From positions 19,389,700-19,453,699 of the forward strand of contig OZ037768.1 in NCBI GenBank assembly GCA_964035545.1: a stretch of DNA of 64,000 nucleotides, in the 5' to 3' direction. Positions within the stretch are counted from its first letter, which is position 1; each line of letters starts with the position of its first letter. The position numbers were made by a program, and so were the translations under genes. Source of the DNA: Bugula neritina (taxonomy: Eukaryota; Animalia; Bryozoa). Positions 11,836-26,800 of this stretch are shown piece after piece. The notes beneath the pieces are model-generated. The model did not search any database and had not been told where the DNA came from. It saw only the letters and a program-made list of their open reading frames with translations.

Positions 11836-14800
11836 ATGTTTTACCAGGTAATGCAAACCTTTTTGATGGTTGCATCATATCTGACAGTGTTTGCATCTCA
11901 ACAAGAATTTGCAAGTTTCAAGATCATTAAAGGAGTAAAGCTGAGAAAGAAATCTGAGTGGAGTTCCTACAGAATAATCACAGGTAAGAAATGAAGAAGC
12001 TTTTTCTGGGCTGAATAAATTATCACTAGACTGCTCTGTGTTTACTAAATCGCATAAAAGGCTACAAGATGTTTATGTTATGTTACCATAAAGTTTAAAA
12101 TGGCAAAGATGTGTTATATTTTTTGCATAGAGTAAAGATCTGGTTTTCGCTGCATCTTAATTTAAGTGTCCAGTGCAGCTGCTGAGCTGTGCGATTATCA
12201 ACTGTAACAACATAACACATTAGATATTATTTTTCTACAGTTTACACTTTAGCACGGATGCTTTATATGGCACAGATGCCTATGCTCTGCATGGGCACAC
12301 ATCCTGCATGATAACTCAAATCATTGCTTATTGATAACAGTTTATTATATTTCCATATATATAAAACTGTAACTTGTTAGAAGCATGAGTAGTGTGGCTA
12401 AAGGCCTTCTCCAAAAAAATTTTACAAAGGTCTTCGACAAAAAAGCACTTGCTAAAACACTGCTAGTTCCCGATGCTTAGTTATGCATGGCAGTGCAGTG
12501 AATGATAAAATTTATTTTCAAATTGATAAAAATGAATTTTGGCATTTTCTGCCTTTTCGCGATAATAATTAGTTAAAATCGTTAACAGAATTTAGCCATG
12601 CAGCTTTATTGATATTATTTATAAAAATTATGCTATTTGGAATAATATATGTATACATTCTCAGAAAATAACTTAATACTCCATGAATAGTAGCACATGC
12701 AAAAATGAAAAACAAACCAGCCAATCAATGCTCTAGACCCTAGAATAACCAATTCCCATGTAGTCTAAATCATTTGCAACATAAGAAAGTCTGAGGCAAG
12801 ATATTATAAATAAAATGGCAAAGAGAGAGAATGTAAAGTCAGTATAGGTAGTAATCATATTTTAACAAAAATAAAAATAATCTAACATTATATTTTGTGT
12901 CTACTATGAAAAATGAAGCAATAGCTTCTTCAGTATATAATGTCACCTGAAATATCAAACCATAGCAAATTGGTTTGGTTTGAGCTGAAGGGTATTTCAG
13001 CTGTATTTTGCTGACTTATGAGCAAAGTACCTATAATAACAAATGTAATAAACCATCAAGAGTTTCAAATTGTGTCTTCTGTGGTGCCCAGCAAACCATG
13101 TTTGTCTCCCATGGTATAGGTTAGTTATGATACTTGTTAATTATAGGTTGTTGTTTGCAAATAAAATAGTGATCAGTCGAGTATTAAGCAAGACAATATT
13201 ATAGCAGGTGGTTTTAAAGTTAATAGTTAAAATGCATGTATCATTTATTTATTGCCATTAAGACTTTGAACAGTGCTTTTTATTGTTATCAAGACTGTCA
13301 TATCTGTTAAAAATAGAAAGCACTTTTCATTCCTGTTTTGCTTAAATAAAAAACGGGCTGGATCAATTTGAATTTGTGATAAGCTGAAAATATGCTGCCG
13401 AGAAATATAATTTTTTTTTAAAAAAACTTTTAATTTCCCTCTTTCACTTCAGTTTTTTTATTTGCTAAACTAGAAGTTTTACATTTATGATGTTATATAA
13501 CAGGTGATGCAACATTGCATATTTTATATTTATATGCTAGCATTCATTTATAACTAGAAAATAAGATATATGTATTGCCATTTGGTATAATGCTTCTTTT
13601 CTATCATAAATTTATTATACAAGAAAAATATAATAGTAAAAAACACATAAGACCCTCTAAAATCAAACTAGAAATTGAACAAATCCCCCACAATTTCCCT
13701 ACAGCTTATTTTATTGAAACCTTACCTAATGACTAATGGGAAGATTTTATTGTTTGGCATCAAATTATACTAAGTGTATTAAATTTTAAACTTTCAAGTA
13801 ATTAGCCGTTGCTAGCTAAATGTAAACATTCAAAGTATTTTAAATAATATGTTTAGTGCTTACTATTGATTTTTAGATGCCCCTTCCTTGACTGCATGCT
13901 TGCACTTGTGTCTAGAAGATAAGAAATGCGTTTCCGCCCTATATGATGTTTTTCTACAAAAATGTCAACTTTTTTCAAGCTGCTTACCAGAAGTCTCTTT
14001 TACAGATAGCAAAACCGATTTAGTTTACATAGCTAGAAAGTATGGTGTTTCAAGCAAGTACAAAGGTGAGAAAGCACAGAAAACCCTTAGTTGTTGCTAT
14101 AGAAAAGTTTTGCATGCAAAAGAGTTACTCAGTGTGTTAATTATTATAAGTGCACCTAAGAAACCCAATATTGTTATGCTGAAATAAAAGACAAAATGCA
14201 CATAGCAAAAAAAGAACTCAGATTAAACTATGCCTTCCTCCCCATTAGCATGCATCACTATAACTATAACTATAAATATACTAAAGTTGATACTACTATA
14301 TTTATCATCTTTTATAAGCAAGTAACATCATATTATACAACATCCCAATAGATTGTCAAGAAGCATTTGAGTCTGGAGAAAGATGTCCTGGTGTCTACAC
14401 ACTAAGAGATCCAGATACTTCTATGGAGTTTGATGTATACTGTGAGTTTGACAGTGAACATGGCTGGACTGTAATACAGAGAAGACTGGATGGTTCTGTT
14501 GATTTCTACAGAGGTTGGGATGATTATGTGGCTGGATTTGGTAAGCTCACAGAAGAGCACTGGCTGGGTTAGTATCAGAATTATAATATTACATATGACA
14601 CAGTTTATACTTTACTATACCATTTTGCTTTGCATTATGAAGTAAACATACAGTATTGCCATATCAAAAAGTCTGGCTCAGTAGTCGCTAAGACCTGCTT
14701 ATATACAGTTAATACATACTATATTAAAATCTATAGCTATATACATGGTAATTAGTATACTTAATATTCACTGTTATATCAACTTAGGTTTGGAGTACAT

Positions 14801-16397
14801 CAACTACTTGACTGCCACCAACAGAAAGTTGAGTATCTATCTGGAAGATCATGTGGGAGAAGTGAGACATGCCAACTATTCCACTTTCTTCATTAGTGAC
14901 AGCTCAACCAACTATACTTTGACTGTAAGAAATTAGATTTCCTATTTTAATAAATATTAACAAATATACATGCATATGTGCGTGTGTGTGCGTGTACCCG
15001 TGTGTAGTATATACATATATACTCCTTCAGTTCTCAGGATACAGTGGAGATGCAGGAAAATCTTTGTCATCTTCTGGTCAACCGTTTAGTACTAAAGACA
15101 TGGATAATGATGAAAGTGCTGGTAGTTGTGCTCAAATTTGCACAGGTGATTTGCTTATGCAAGAAAATGTTAATAAATTTCTTAAGTGTTGATAAATTTC
15201 AAGTGGTGCAGTTTGATTACAGTCATGGGTCATTTTACTTAATTTAGTACACGCTGGAAATCTCCAGTTTTTAGCAATTTTTTACAATTCAGCTGCTAAT
15301 GAACATGGCCTTTTGCCCAAAACTAGTAAAATATGAATGAACACACCTAAATAATCAAGGTTCTGCTTAATTTTGCTTGATTTCCCATGTTTTTTTCCTA
15401 ATTATTCAGCCACTTTTGATTTCGGAGAGTTATGGTTTTTTTCATAGCACTCTGCAATCAAAAGTGCTGAATAATGAGGGAAAACTATGGGAAATCAAAC
15501 AAAATTAAGAAGAACGTTGATTATTTAAGTGTATTCATTCATATTTTACTAGTTTTGGGCAAAAGCCCTTGTTCATTAGCAGCTAAATTGTGAAAAATCG
15601 CTAAAAACTGGAGATTTCCAGTGTGTACTAAAATAAGTAAATAACCCTCATATGTTACTGAATATCTACATGTCATGGAGTTGGTCTAAAAAAAGAAATT
15701 CAAAATATTTAAATCAAACTAGCAAAAATTACATATGAAATAATGTAACAAAACACAACTAAACATAAAATCTTCAGTGATTATTAAAGCTTATAAGCAA
15801 AACAATTGCAAATGAATACTGACATTTATTATATACAGATTATATGTATATAGACTACATATATAATCAGTATAAGATTTTACTTAAATGGTAAGCTTAT
15901 GCTTAATATATTTTTAATTAAGCATAAAACTTGTTTATTGAAATTTATTTATTATAAAAATGAAGTGACAACAAAGTCTTAACTTATTAATCTGGAAAAT
16001 ATTAAAGACATATAAAGAAATGTTAACATTTTCATACAACAAAAAACAGATTAAATGACAAGAATTTTTAGACAACTGATTTCAGTGGCTGCTTTCCTTA
16101 ATTTAAAATTCTAGCACAAAAATTTAAAGCTACTTAATTAGTCCAATAGATGCTTTAATTATAATTAAAGACTTGTAAAGCTTCACATTCTATTGAATCC
16201 TTTAAAACATGCCATGAATTCTTCCACAAAAATACAAATATCAAAATTGATCAATAAAAAGGCTAATTTTGACAGAACTTTTTATTTTTAAAATTAATTA
16301 GTGATATCAAACAAACGATAATAATAAATTTATACTAATTAAACATCAGTGTCATTTTTTTAACTTAGGCTTAGAATTTTTTTTAATTTACAAAGTA

Positions 16398-16484
<87 letters not shown>

Positions 16485-16892
16485 CTATTTAAAAGTAACC
16501 TGATTGAGGTGCTCCATATGCAGAGAAAATAACAAAAATGTGATGCAAGTAATGTTGCGTATTATTGTTATATAAACATAACAACATAGGCATTTCTAAA
16601 TAGTTTTTGCTTACAGTTGTAACCTATGTCAATTAACTATGAGCGGTAAAAATGTATTAAGCAACTATAATCCACAAACCAGATTGACAATCTATAATAT
16701 ATTTGGCAGCTTGATTATGTTTCAGGAGCCTGGTGGTATAGGAATTGTCACTCCTCCAACCTGAATGGTGTCTGGTACCCAGCTAGTCTATTGGATGTAG
16801 ACAATGCACCTCATGCTAAAGGTATTGTGTGGGCAAAATGGAAGGGACAGAAATATTCATTGAGAGCAACGAGTATGAAAGTCACCAGATAG
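11836..16892 (+). CDS. Secreted PAN/apple + fibrinogen-domain (FReD; ficolin/tachylectin-like) protein, copy 2, 323 aa
   Basis: Exons 11836-11983, 13877-14065, 14352-14567, 14788-14924, 15031-15145, 16726-16892; all GT-AG and phase-consistent; hydrophobic N-terminus; C-x3-C-x5-C-x11-C module; full FReD motifs. An in-frame upstream ATG exists at 11824. Confidence 0.9.
15227..15647. mobile_element. Almost fully palindromic 421-bp MITE / foldback element with 4-bp TSD (Sola2-like termini)
   Basis: Arms of ~195 bp are reverse complements; GGG...CCC ends; TCAT at 15223-15226 and 15648-15651; not present in the homologous intron of copy 1. Confidence 0.85.
16400..16482. repeat. (TA)n microsatellite
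   Basis: Uninterrupted TA run of ~80 bp. Confidence 0.98.
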
Positions 16893-17554
16893 CTACATTT
16901 GCTTTGAGTTACAAATACTTTGTTAAGAAGCTTTTTCCAGCGTTTTAGTTTTATAAAGCCATAATTTTTTTACACTTTAACAAATTACAAATAACAACAT
17001 ATGTACGTTTGAAGATGCACGAAGAGTAAACAATTACTACTATATTTGTCACAAAAACCGAATATATAATTAGTTGCATTTGCTGTGTTGTAACTTTAAT
17101 GAAAACAGCTAACAAGTCACCAAACTTCATTATGCACATGTGTTAGTTTGACATAATTCTATAGATTTTAATTTTTTTGTATAAATACAAACTTTATTTG
17201 AATTCTTTTTCAATATTTTTCAACATTTTTGTGCTTATTTGGAGTTGAATTTTTTCTATAAATATTATATACACTATAGCAACCTTTTTATACATCCTTC
17301 TATTTTTTTCATACTATATATACTCACTTCCATGTTAAAAATAAAATATGCATAGATATAATTTTTAACTCAAAACAGGTTCCTTTTTATTGTAATAGCT
17401 GCCATCAGAAAACTTTACTTGCAATATAGAAAGGAAATAGCTTACGGGCTATTCAAGGCTGATAATTAGCTTTTAGTTGATTACATTTCTTGTCTTATAT
17501 AAGTGCCTATTGCTTGGCAGGGTTTTCAAATTGCCACAAGAACTAAACTTTGTG

Positions 17555-17660
17555 TAGTGTTGAGCTTACCCAGTGGGTGGTACCTGTGGTGTAATGATTA
17601 GCACGCCAGCATGCAAGCCAAAAGTCTTAAGTTAGAAACCCAGGGGGCAAAATTTTTATA
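17555..17660 (+). mobile_element. Degenerate tRNA(Ala-like)-derived repeat, family A
   Basis: gtagtgttgagcttacccag leader, A box tggtgtaatga, tgcaagcc, decayed B box, gcaaaattttta tail. Confidence 0.6.
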
Positions 17661-18295
17661 TACTGTGTAAAAACAAAGGTGAAAATAAGCTCTTAATAAC
17701 TTCATGGAATACATTTAATAAGTATAGCTGCTATAATTATTTTCTGCTATAATTCCTCTCAATCAGCAACTAACTCTAGAAGTTTATATTGAATTTTAAT
17801 GTGGTTGTATAAACAAAAAATATCGTTTTTCATCAGGGGTTTCTCACAGGGATGGAGATTACAAACTTATGCGAGTTTTTTTTTAGATATTATATACGCC
17901 ATTGATTATAATATTTAGTTTCTCTGCTTTTGTCAATAAACTTATTCCCGGCATGACCAGGGCTGTTACAAAATAGCTATTTTCCATTTTTTATTGATTA
18001 TAATGCAAAAGCCAATAAAAGGTTATGACATTGTAGCTATAATTATAATTAATGCTGTTGTGTGTGAAACATGATACGCTGCATACTTTTAAATATTAGT
18101 TATACATCATGGATATATAATTATTATTGCGTTACACTAAAAATTATTATGCAATTCATATGAAATATATATTTCCCATCTACTTATAATATTCTAGACA
18201 CGGCTTATACCGTGCATTAGCAGTTCCAGACATTGCATATGGCTGCTGTCATTGAAATAAAGGTCATTAAATTCATATTATGTTATAAACAGACA

Positions 18296-18502
18296 GGGAG
18301 CAGCCGTGGTCTAGGGATATAGAGCGTTTGCCTATAATCAAACACGAGGTCATGGGTTCAAGCCCAGACAAAGGCCATTGGCGATGTTAAGACCAGCATT
18401 CAGTCATAATTGCTCCTGTGCCTCATGTCTAAATAAATCTTTAGCCCGATTTAACTAAAACCTTGTCCATCAAGAATAGCGACTATAAACTTTTGCGAAA
18501 TT
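18296..18502 (+). mobile_element. tRNA-derived SINE, family B
   Basis: A box tggtctaggg, B box ggttcaagccc; 18-19-bp TSD ttatgttataaacagaca(g) at 18278-18295 and 18503-18520; homologous to 5904-6106, with fragments near 17830-17880 and 44390-44500. Confidence 0.85.
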
Positions 18503-19047
18503 TTATGTTATAAACAGACAGTTCTTAGGCTGAAATGAAGGATAAACAATGAATCTCTGTTGACATATATGTCGATTATCTTACAGCTGCATGTGCCTTT
18601 TTAAATCCTAGATTTCATTAACCTGTCAGTTGAAAAATTCAGTATATGTAATAATCAATTTTTGCTTGTAAAGCTATATATCTTATCCTGAACAAAAATT
18701 AAAATGAATAATTATCAAAATTGTGTTTTTTTTCATAAGAGGATGAAGTTTTCAATAGAATATGAGACTACAAAATAAACTGAAAAATTGGCTAAACTTC
18801 TAATTAAACTTTTACCCATAAAAGACTAGTGGATCAAATAAAAAAAGTATTTATTTAATAGGTAAAAAGTCAGTAAACATCCTTCTATACATATACTTAC
18901 AATGAAAAACTGTCTTTAACGGAAGTTGGCAATTAAACATTGTTATCAGCTACATGACAGCTTTAAACCAATTTCCTGATCAATAACTTGACTTCAACAG
19001 AGCTGGTTATTATTTCTTTGAGATCTGATCACTTTATGCAGTTGAAA

Positions 19048-22152
<3,105 letters not shown>

Positions 22153-23802
22153 TTTATCATCATTGATGTTAGCGCACTATAGTGTACAAGTTAAATATTA
22201 GATAACCAATATTTTTCCGTAAGGTGTTCAAAGCATAACTAATCATGCATGCTATAGTTACAAATTGATGTAGTTGAATATATGTTTTAGAAATAGGCTA
22301 GGGTTGCGTATTCTGGTATTAATATTGATGTTAAATGATAAAATAATGCCTTGGCATGTGTTATATTAACTAGAGTTCATGTCTTACTATATACTTGATA
22401 GATTTGTCTATGTGAATATTGTTTACTTGTTATTGTTATAGTTAACATGTATAGGTGATATTTGTGTATCTCTTGCTTAACAGGTAATCTCAAGATTTCA
22501 CAGTGTTATCATTTTCGTTCTTATTAGTTGCACCTAATAAATCTACAATGTATTTCATTACAAATCAGCACCATCATGTCACGCTATATTATTACGCTAT
22601 ATACCATTCAATACCAAAAAATAACAGCAAGCGTGCACTGTAGAAGATACTACAAGTGCAAGAATAAAACACTCCAAATTATGTTTACTAGGAGAACCAA
22701 GTATTTGCAAGGAACAGAAGTTGTTTAACCCTGCTTCATGCCAGCGGTAGGAGTTGACTAAATGCAATATAATACATGATTTTATGACCAACTAACTGGT
22801 TTTTTGGATAAATAATATTATTTATTTATAAGCTATAATTTATTGTTTAAAATGTGTGTAATACATCATGTCTAAGAAAACAAACTCGTTTATTTGGTAA
22901 ACAAAACCATCTTAATAAGCATGTCTAAGTTATTAACGCAATTAAAAATGTTACAGCTTTTTATTCAATAAACAATTGTATATATACAAAGTAATTTGGT
23001 AGACAACATGACTGACAATCCAAGAAAAAACAAGGATAACAATACAAAAGGCAACATAACAAATACTTGCAATTAACCTTTAATTTTAATAAAATAATTG
23101 TCTATAAATATATCCAGTCATAAAAATAACCAACAACTATATCGTAGCTAGTGGTGGTTCTTATTTATTGGCAACTGGCTACTGGGTAGAAGTACAGTTG
23201 TGGCACCATTCAGAGAATATGAATATATGTCATTGTTGCATTCACTTGCCAGTCAAACTATAACACCTACAAACAGAACATGAACACAATAATCAGATTT
23301 CTAAAATCACCAAAGTAAGACCACTGAAAGAAAAATATTAATTAAAGCTGGGGAGTTGTAACTAATTAGTGTATTTTACACTGTGAAAGTTATAGTTGTG
23401 AAAAAATAAAGCATTTAACAATTCGCTAACAACTTTACTATCCCAACCAGATGATTGGTTAGAGAGGTTCTGTATAGAACTGAGAATGCTGAAGTTATTG
23501 CAGAAACATTCAAATAAGATTCAGTCTGTGAAGACTAACAAACCAGTCGCAGACATATATTATCTAGATTCTATGCAGTGCTATCTAAATTAAAATCAAT
23601 TTTCAACAAACCACAAATAAAATTTTCGAGATAATTGTCGACTACATTTATGAGAAAAGATGTTAAGACTGCAGAGTTCAGCTAAATTTGCAATGAGTAT
23701 AGCTGCAGTGTAGAAGTGCCAAACCCAATCTCAGCACAGGAAATGAGGTCACATAGCACAGGTACTAGCACTCACCTGTAGCTAGTGTCAGTCAGCTACA
23801 TC

Positions 23803-26800
23803 TCAGAGAATGACACATGAACAGGAGTTGGCTTTCCTTGCCTGAAAGACAACAATACTAACATAACACCGCATTAAACAAGTCAGCTAGTTTACATCCA
23901 CATATACATTTAAGGACACAAAAACTAAGATTCAACAAAATTGTTAGGATAAGGGCCAAGATAAAATCGATTAATTGCAGTTGCACATGCAGCCTGGTAT
24001 CACCCTTTACAAATAAACACAATTATAAAGGTCTTCTCCAGTAGAAACAAATTTCTAGTAAAAATAGCATTTTTTTCAAGAAGTACGACGCCACTATTCA
24101 AATGCTACAGGAAATTTAACTTGAATTGTTTCTTTGTTTACAAAACTCAATTGTTTTCAATTAATTAATCTACAATTAATTCAATGATTTCACAGATAAT
24201 TAGCCCAAACTTTATTACACCATTATTATATGCTTTTCGATAGTATATTTAATAGGTAAAAGCCTTTGAACTTTGGTAATTAAATTACTTATAATCATGA
24301 CAAAAAATTTCAAGTATTTCATCAAAAACTTGCTCTAGACAGAAAACTATAGCTCCACAAATGCAACATAATTCCAAAGAACAATTCAAGACAGCAGGTA
24401 ACTAAAGCAGCAGAGATAGTCAGAGAAATAACCCCTGCATAACGTAAGGCTCACTCACAGTGGTGTAGAACGCTTTAGATTGTCCACTGAGGTCTTCCGA
24501 CTTGGCCACTAAATCATCCAGCTTCTCTCCTCTGTTTAGCATTGCTTCCAGAGTTTGATGCTAATACAAGAGGAAAAAGGCATAAGCAAAGCAGCAAAAT
24601 AAAAGGAGCTGCTGTATAGTATTTAGTACTTAACGAACTCCATCTTTCAAAGTGGCTCATCACCAATATATTACACAGCAGTAATAAAATACTACAAACC
24701 ATGTCACCCAAACTGCTACAGGATTAAATTTATTGATATTCACATCAATGTAAAACTACCTAACTAGCTTACAATAATGCTAGAGTAAATGTAACATTCT
24801 GAAACATGGAAATATTTGTAACTGAAAAATCGCAAAAAAACGACGATACTTATTTGATCTTCCTTTTTCAAGCTTGCAAATGTAGACAATTTCCTAACAA
24901 ATGTAGACAGTTTCCTAACAAATGTAGACAGTTTCCTAACAAATGTAGACAGTTTCCTAACAAATGTAGACAGTTTCCTAACAAATGTAGACAGTTTCCT
25001 AACAAATGTAGACAGTTTCCTAACAAATGTAGACAGTTTCCCAACAAATGTAGACAGTTCCCTAACAAATGTAGACAGTTTCCCAACAAAGTCACGTTTA
25101 GTAATGATGCTAAACCCATCAGCAACTCATTGTAATGTCACACAGTAGATGGCTTCACCTACTAACACAAGTCTTACTATAACACATATATGAGAATCTA
25201 CCTACCAGTATAACTTTAGTTTCATCTACTTCCGCCTGAACACGAGACAGAGCGTCTGATTCTCTTGGATTCTGTTAAATAAAATGGCAAAGTTAAAGAA
25301 CCATAGTATATAAATATGCCAGCCTGCACACAGCAAGGTAATACCAACACCCATGAGCTTCTACTACTCATACACCAGTTATAGTATAACATCTGTGGAG
25401 AGAGTATAATATAACACACTATGTAGAGTATATAATATAACACACTATGTAGAGAGTATATAATATAACACACTATGTAGAGAGTATAATATAACACACT
25501 ATGTAGAGAGTATAATATAACACACTATGTAGAGAGTATAATATAACACACTATGTAGAGTATATAATATAACACACTATGTAGAGTATATAATATAACA
25601 CACTATGTAGAGAGTATAATATAACACACTATGTAGAGAGTATATAATATAACACACTATGTAGAGAGTATAATATAACACACTATGTAGAGAGTATAAT
25701 ATAACACACTATGTAGAGAGTATAATATAACACACTATGTAGAGAGTATAATATAACACACTATGTAGAGTATATAATATAACACACTATGTAGAGAGTA
25801 TAATATAACACACTATGTAGAGAATATAATATAACACACTATGTAGAGAGTATAATATAACACACTATGTAGAGAGTATAATATAACACACTATGTAGAG
25901 AGTATAATATAACACACTATGTAGAGAGTATAATATAACACACTATGTAGAGAGTATAATATAACACACTATGTAGAGAGTATAATATAACACACTATGT
26001 AGAGAGTATAATATAACACACTATGTAGAGTATAATATAACACACTATGTAGAGAGTATAATATAACACACTATGTAGAGAGTATAATATAACACACTAT
26101 GTAGAGTATATAATATAACACACTATGTAGAGAGTATAATATAACACACTATGTAGAGTATAATATAACACACTATGTAGAGAGTATAATATAACACACT
26201 ATGTAGAGAGTATAATATAACACACTATGTAGAGAGTATAATATAACACACTATGTAGAGTATAATATAACACACTATGTAGAGTATAATATAACACACT
26301 ATGTAGAGTATATAATATAACACACTATGTAGAGAGTATAATATAACACACTATGTAGAGAGTATAATATAACACACTATGTAGAGTATATATAATATAA
26401 CACACTATGTAGAGTATATAATATAACACACTATGTAGAGATTATAATATAACACACTATGTAGAGTATATAATATAACACACTATGTAGAGAGTATAAT
26501 ATAACACACTATGTAGAGAGTATAATATAACACACTATGTAGAGAGTATAATATAACACACTATGTAGAGAGTATAATATAACACACTATGTAGAGAGTA
26601 TAATATAACACACTATGTAGAGTATAATATAACACACTATGTAGAGAGTATAATATAACACACTATGTAGAGTATATAATATAACACACTATGTAGAGAG
26701 TATAATATAACACACTATGTAGAGATTATAATATAACACACTATGTAGAGAGTATAATATAACACACTATGTAGAGAGTATAATATAACACACTATGTAG

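Noticed and set aside
24806-25135. ORFs with FPNKCRQ / LLGNCLH heptad repeats
   Set aside because: They are stop-free readings of a 21-bp minisatellite inside a YKT6 intron, with no splice or codon support.
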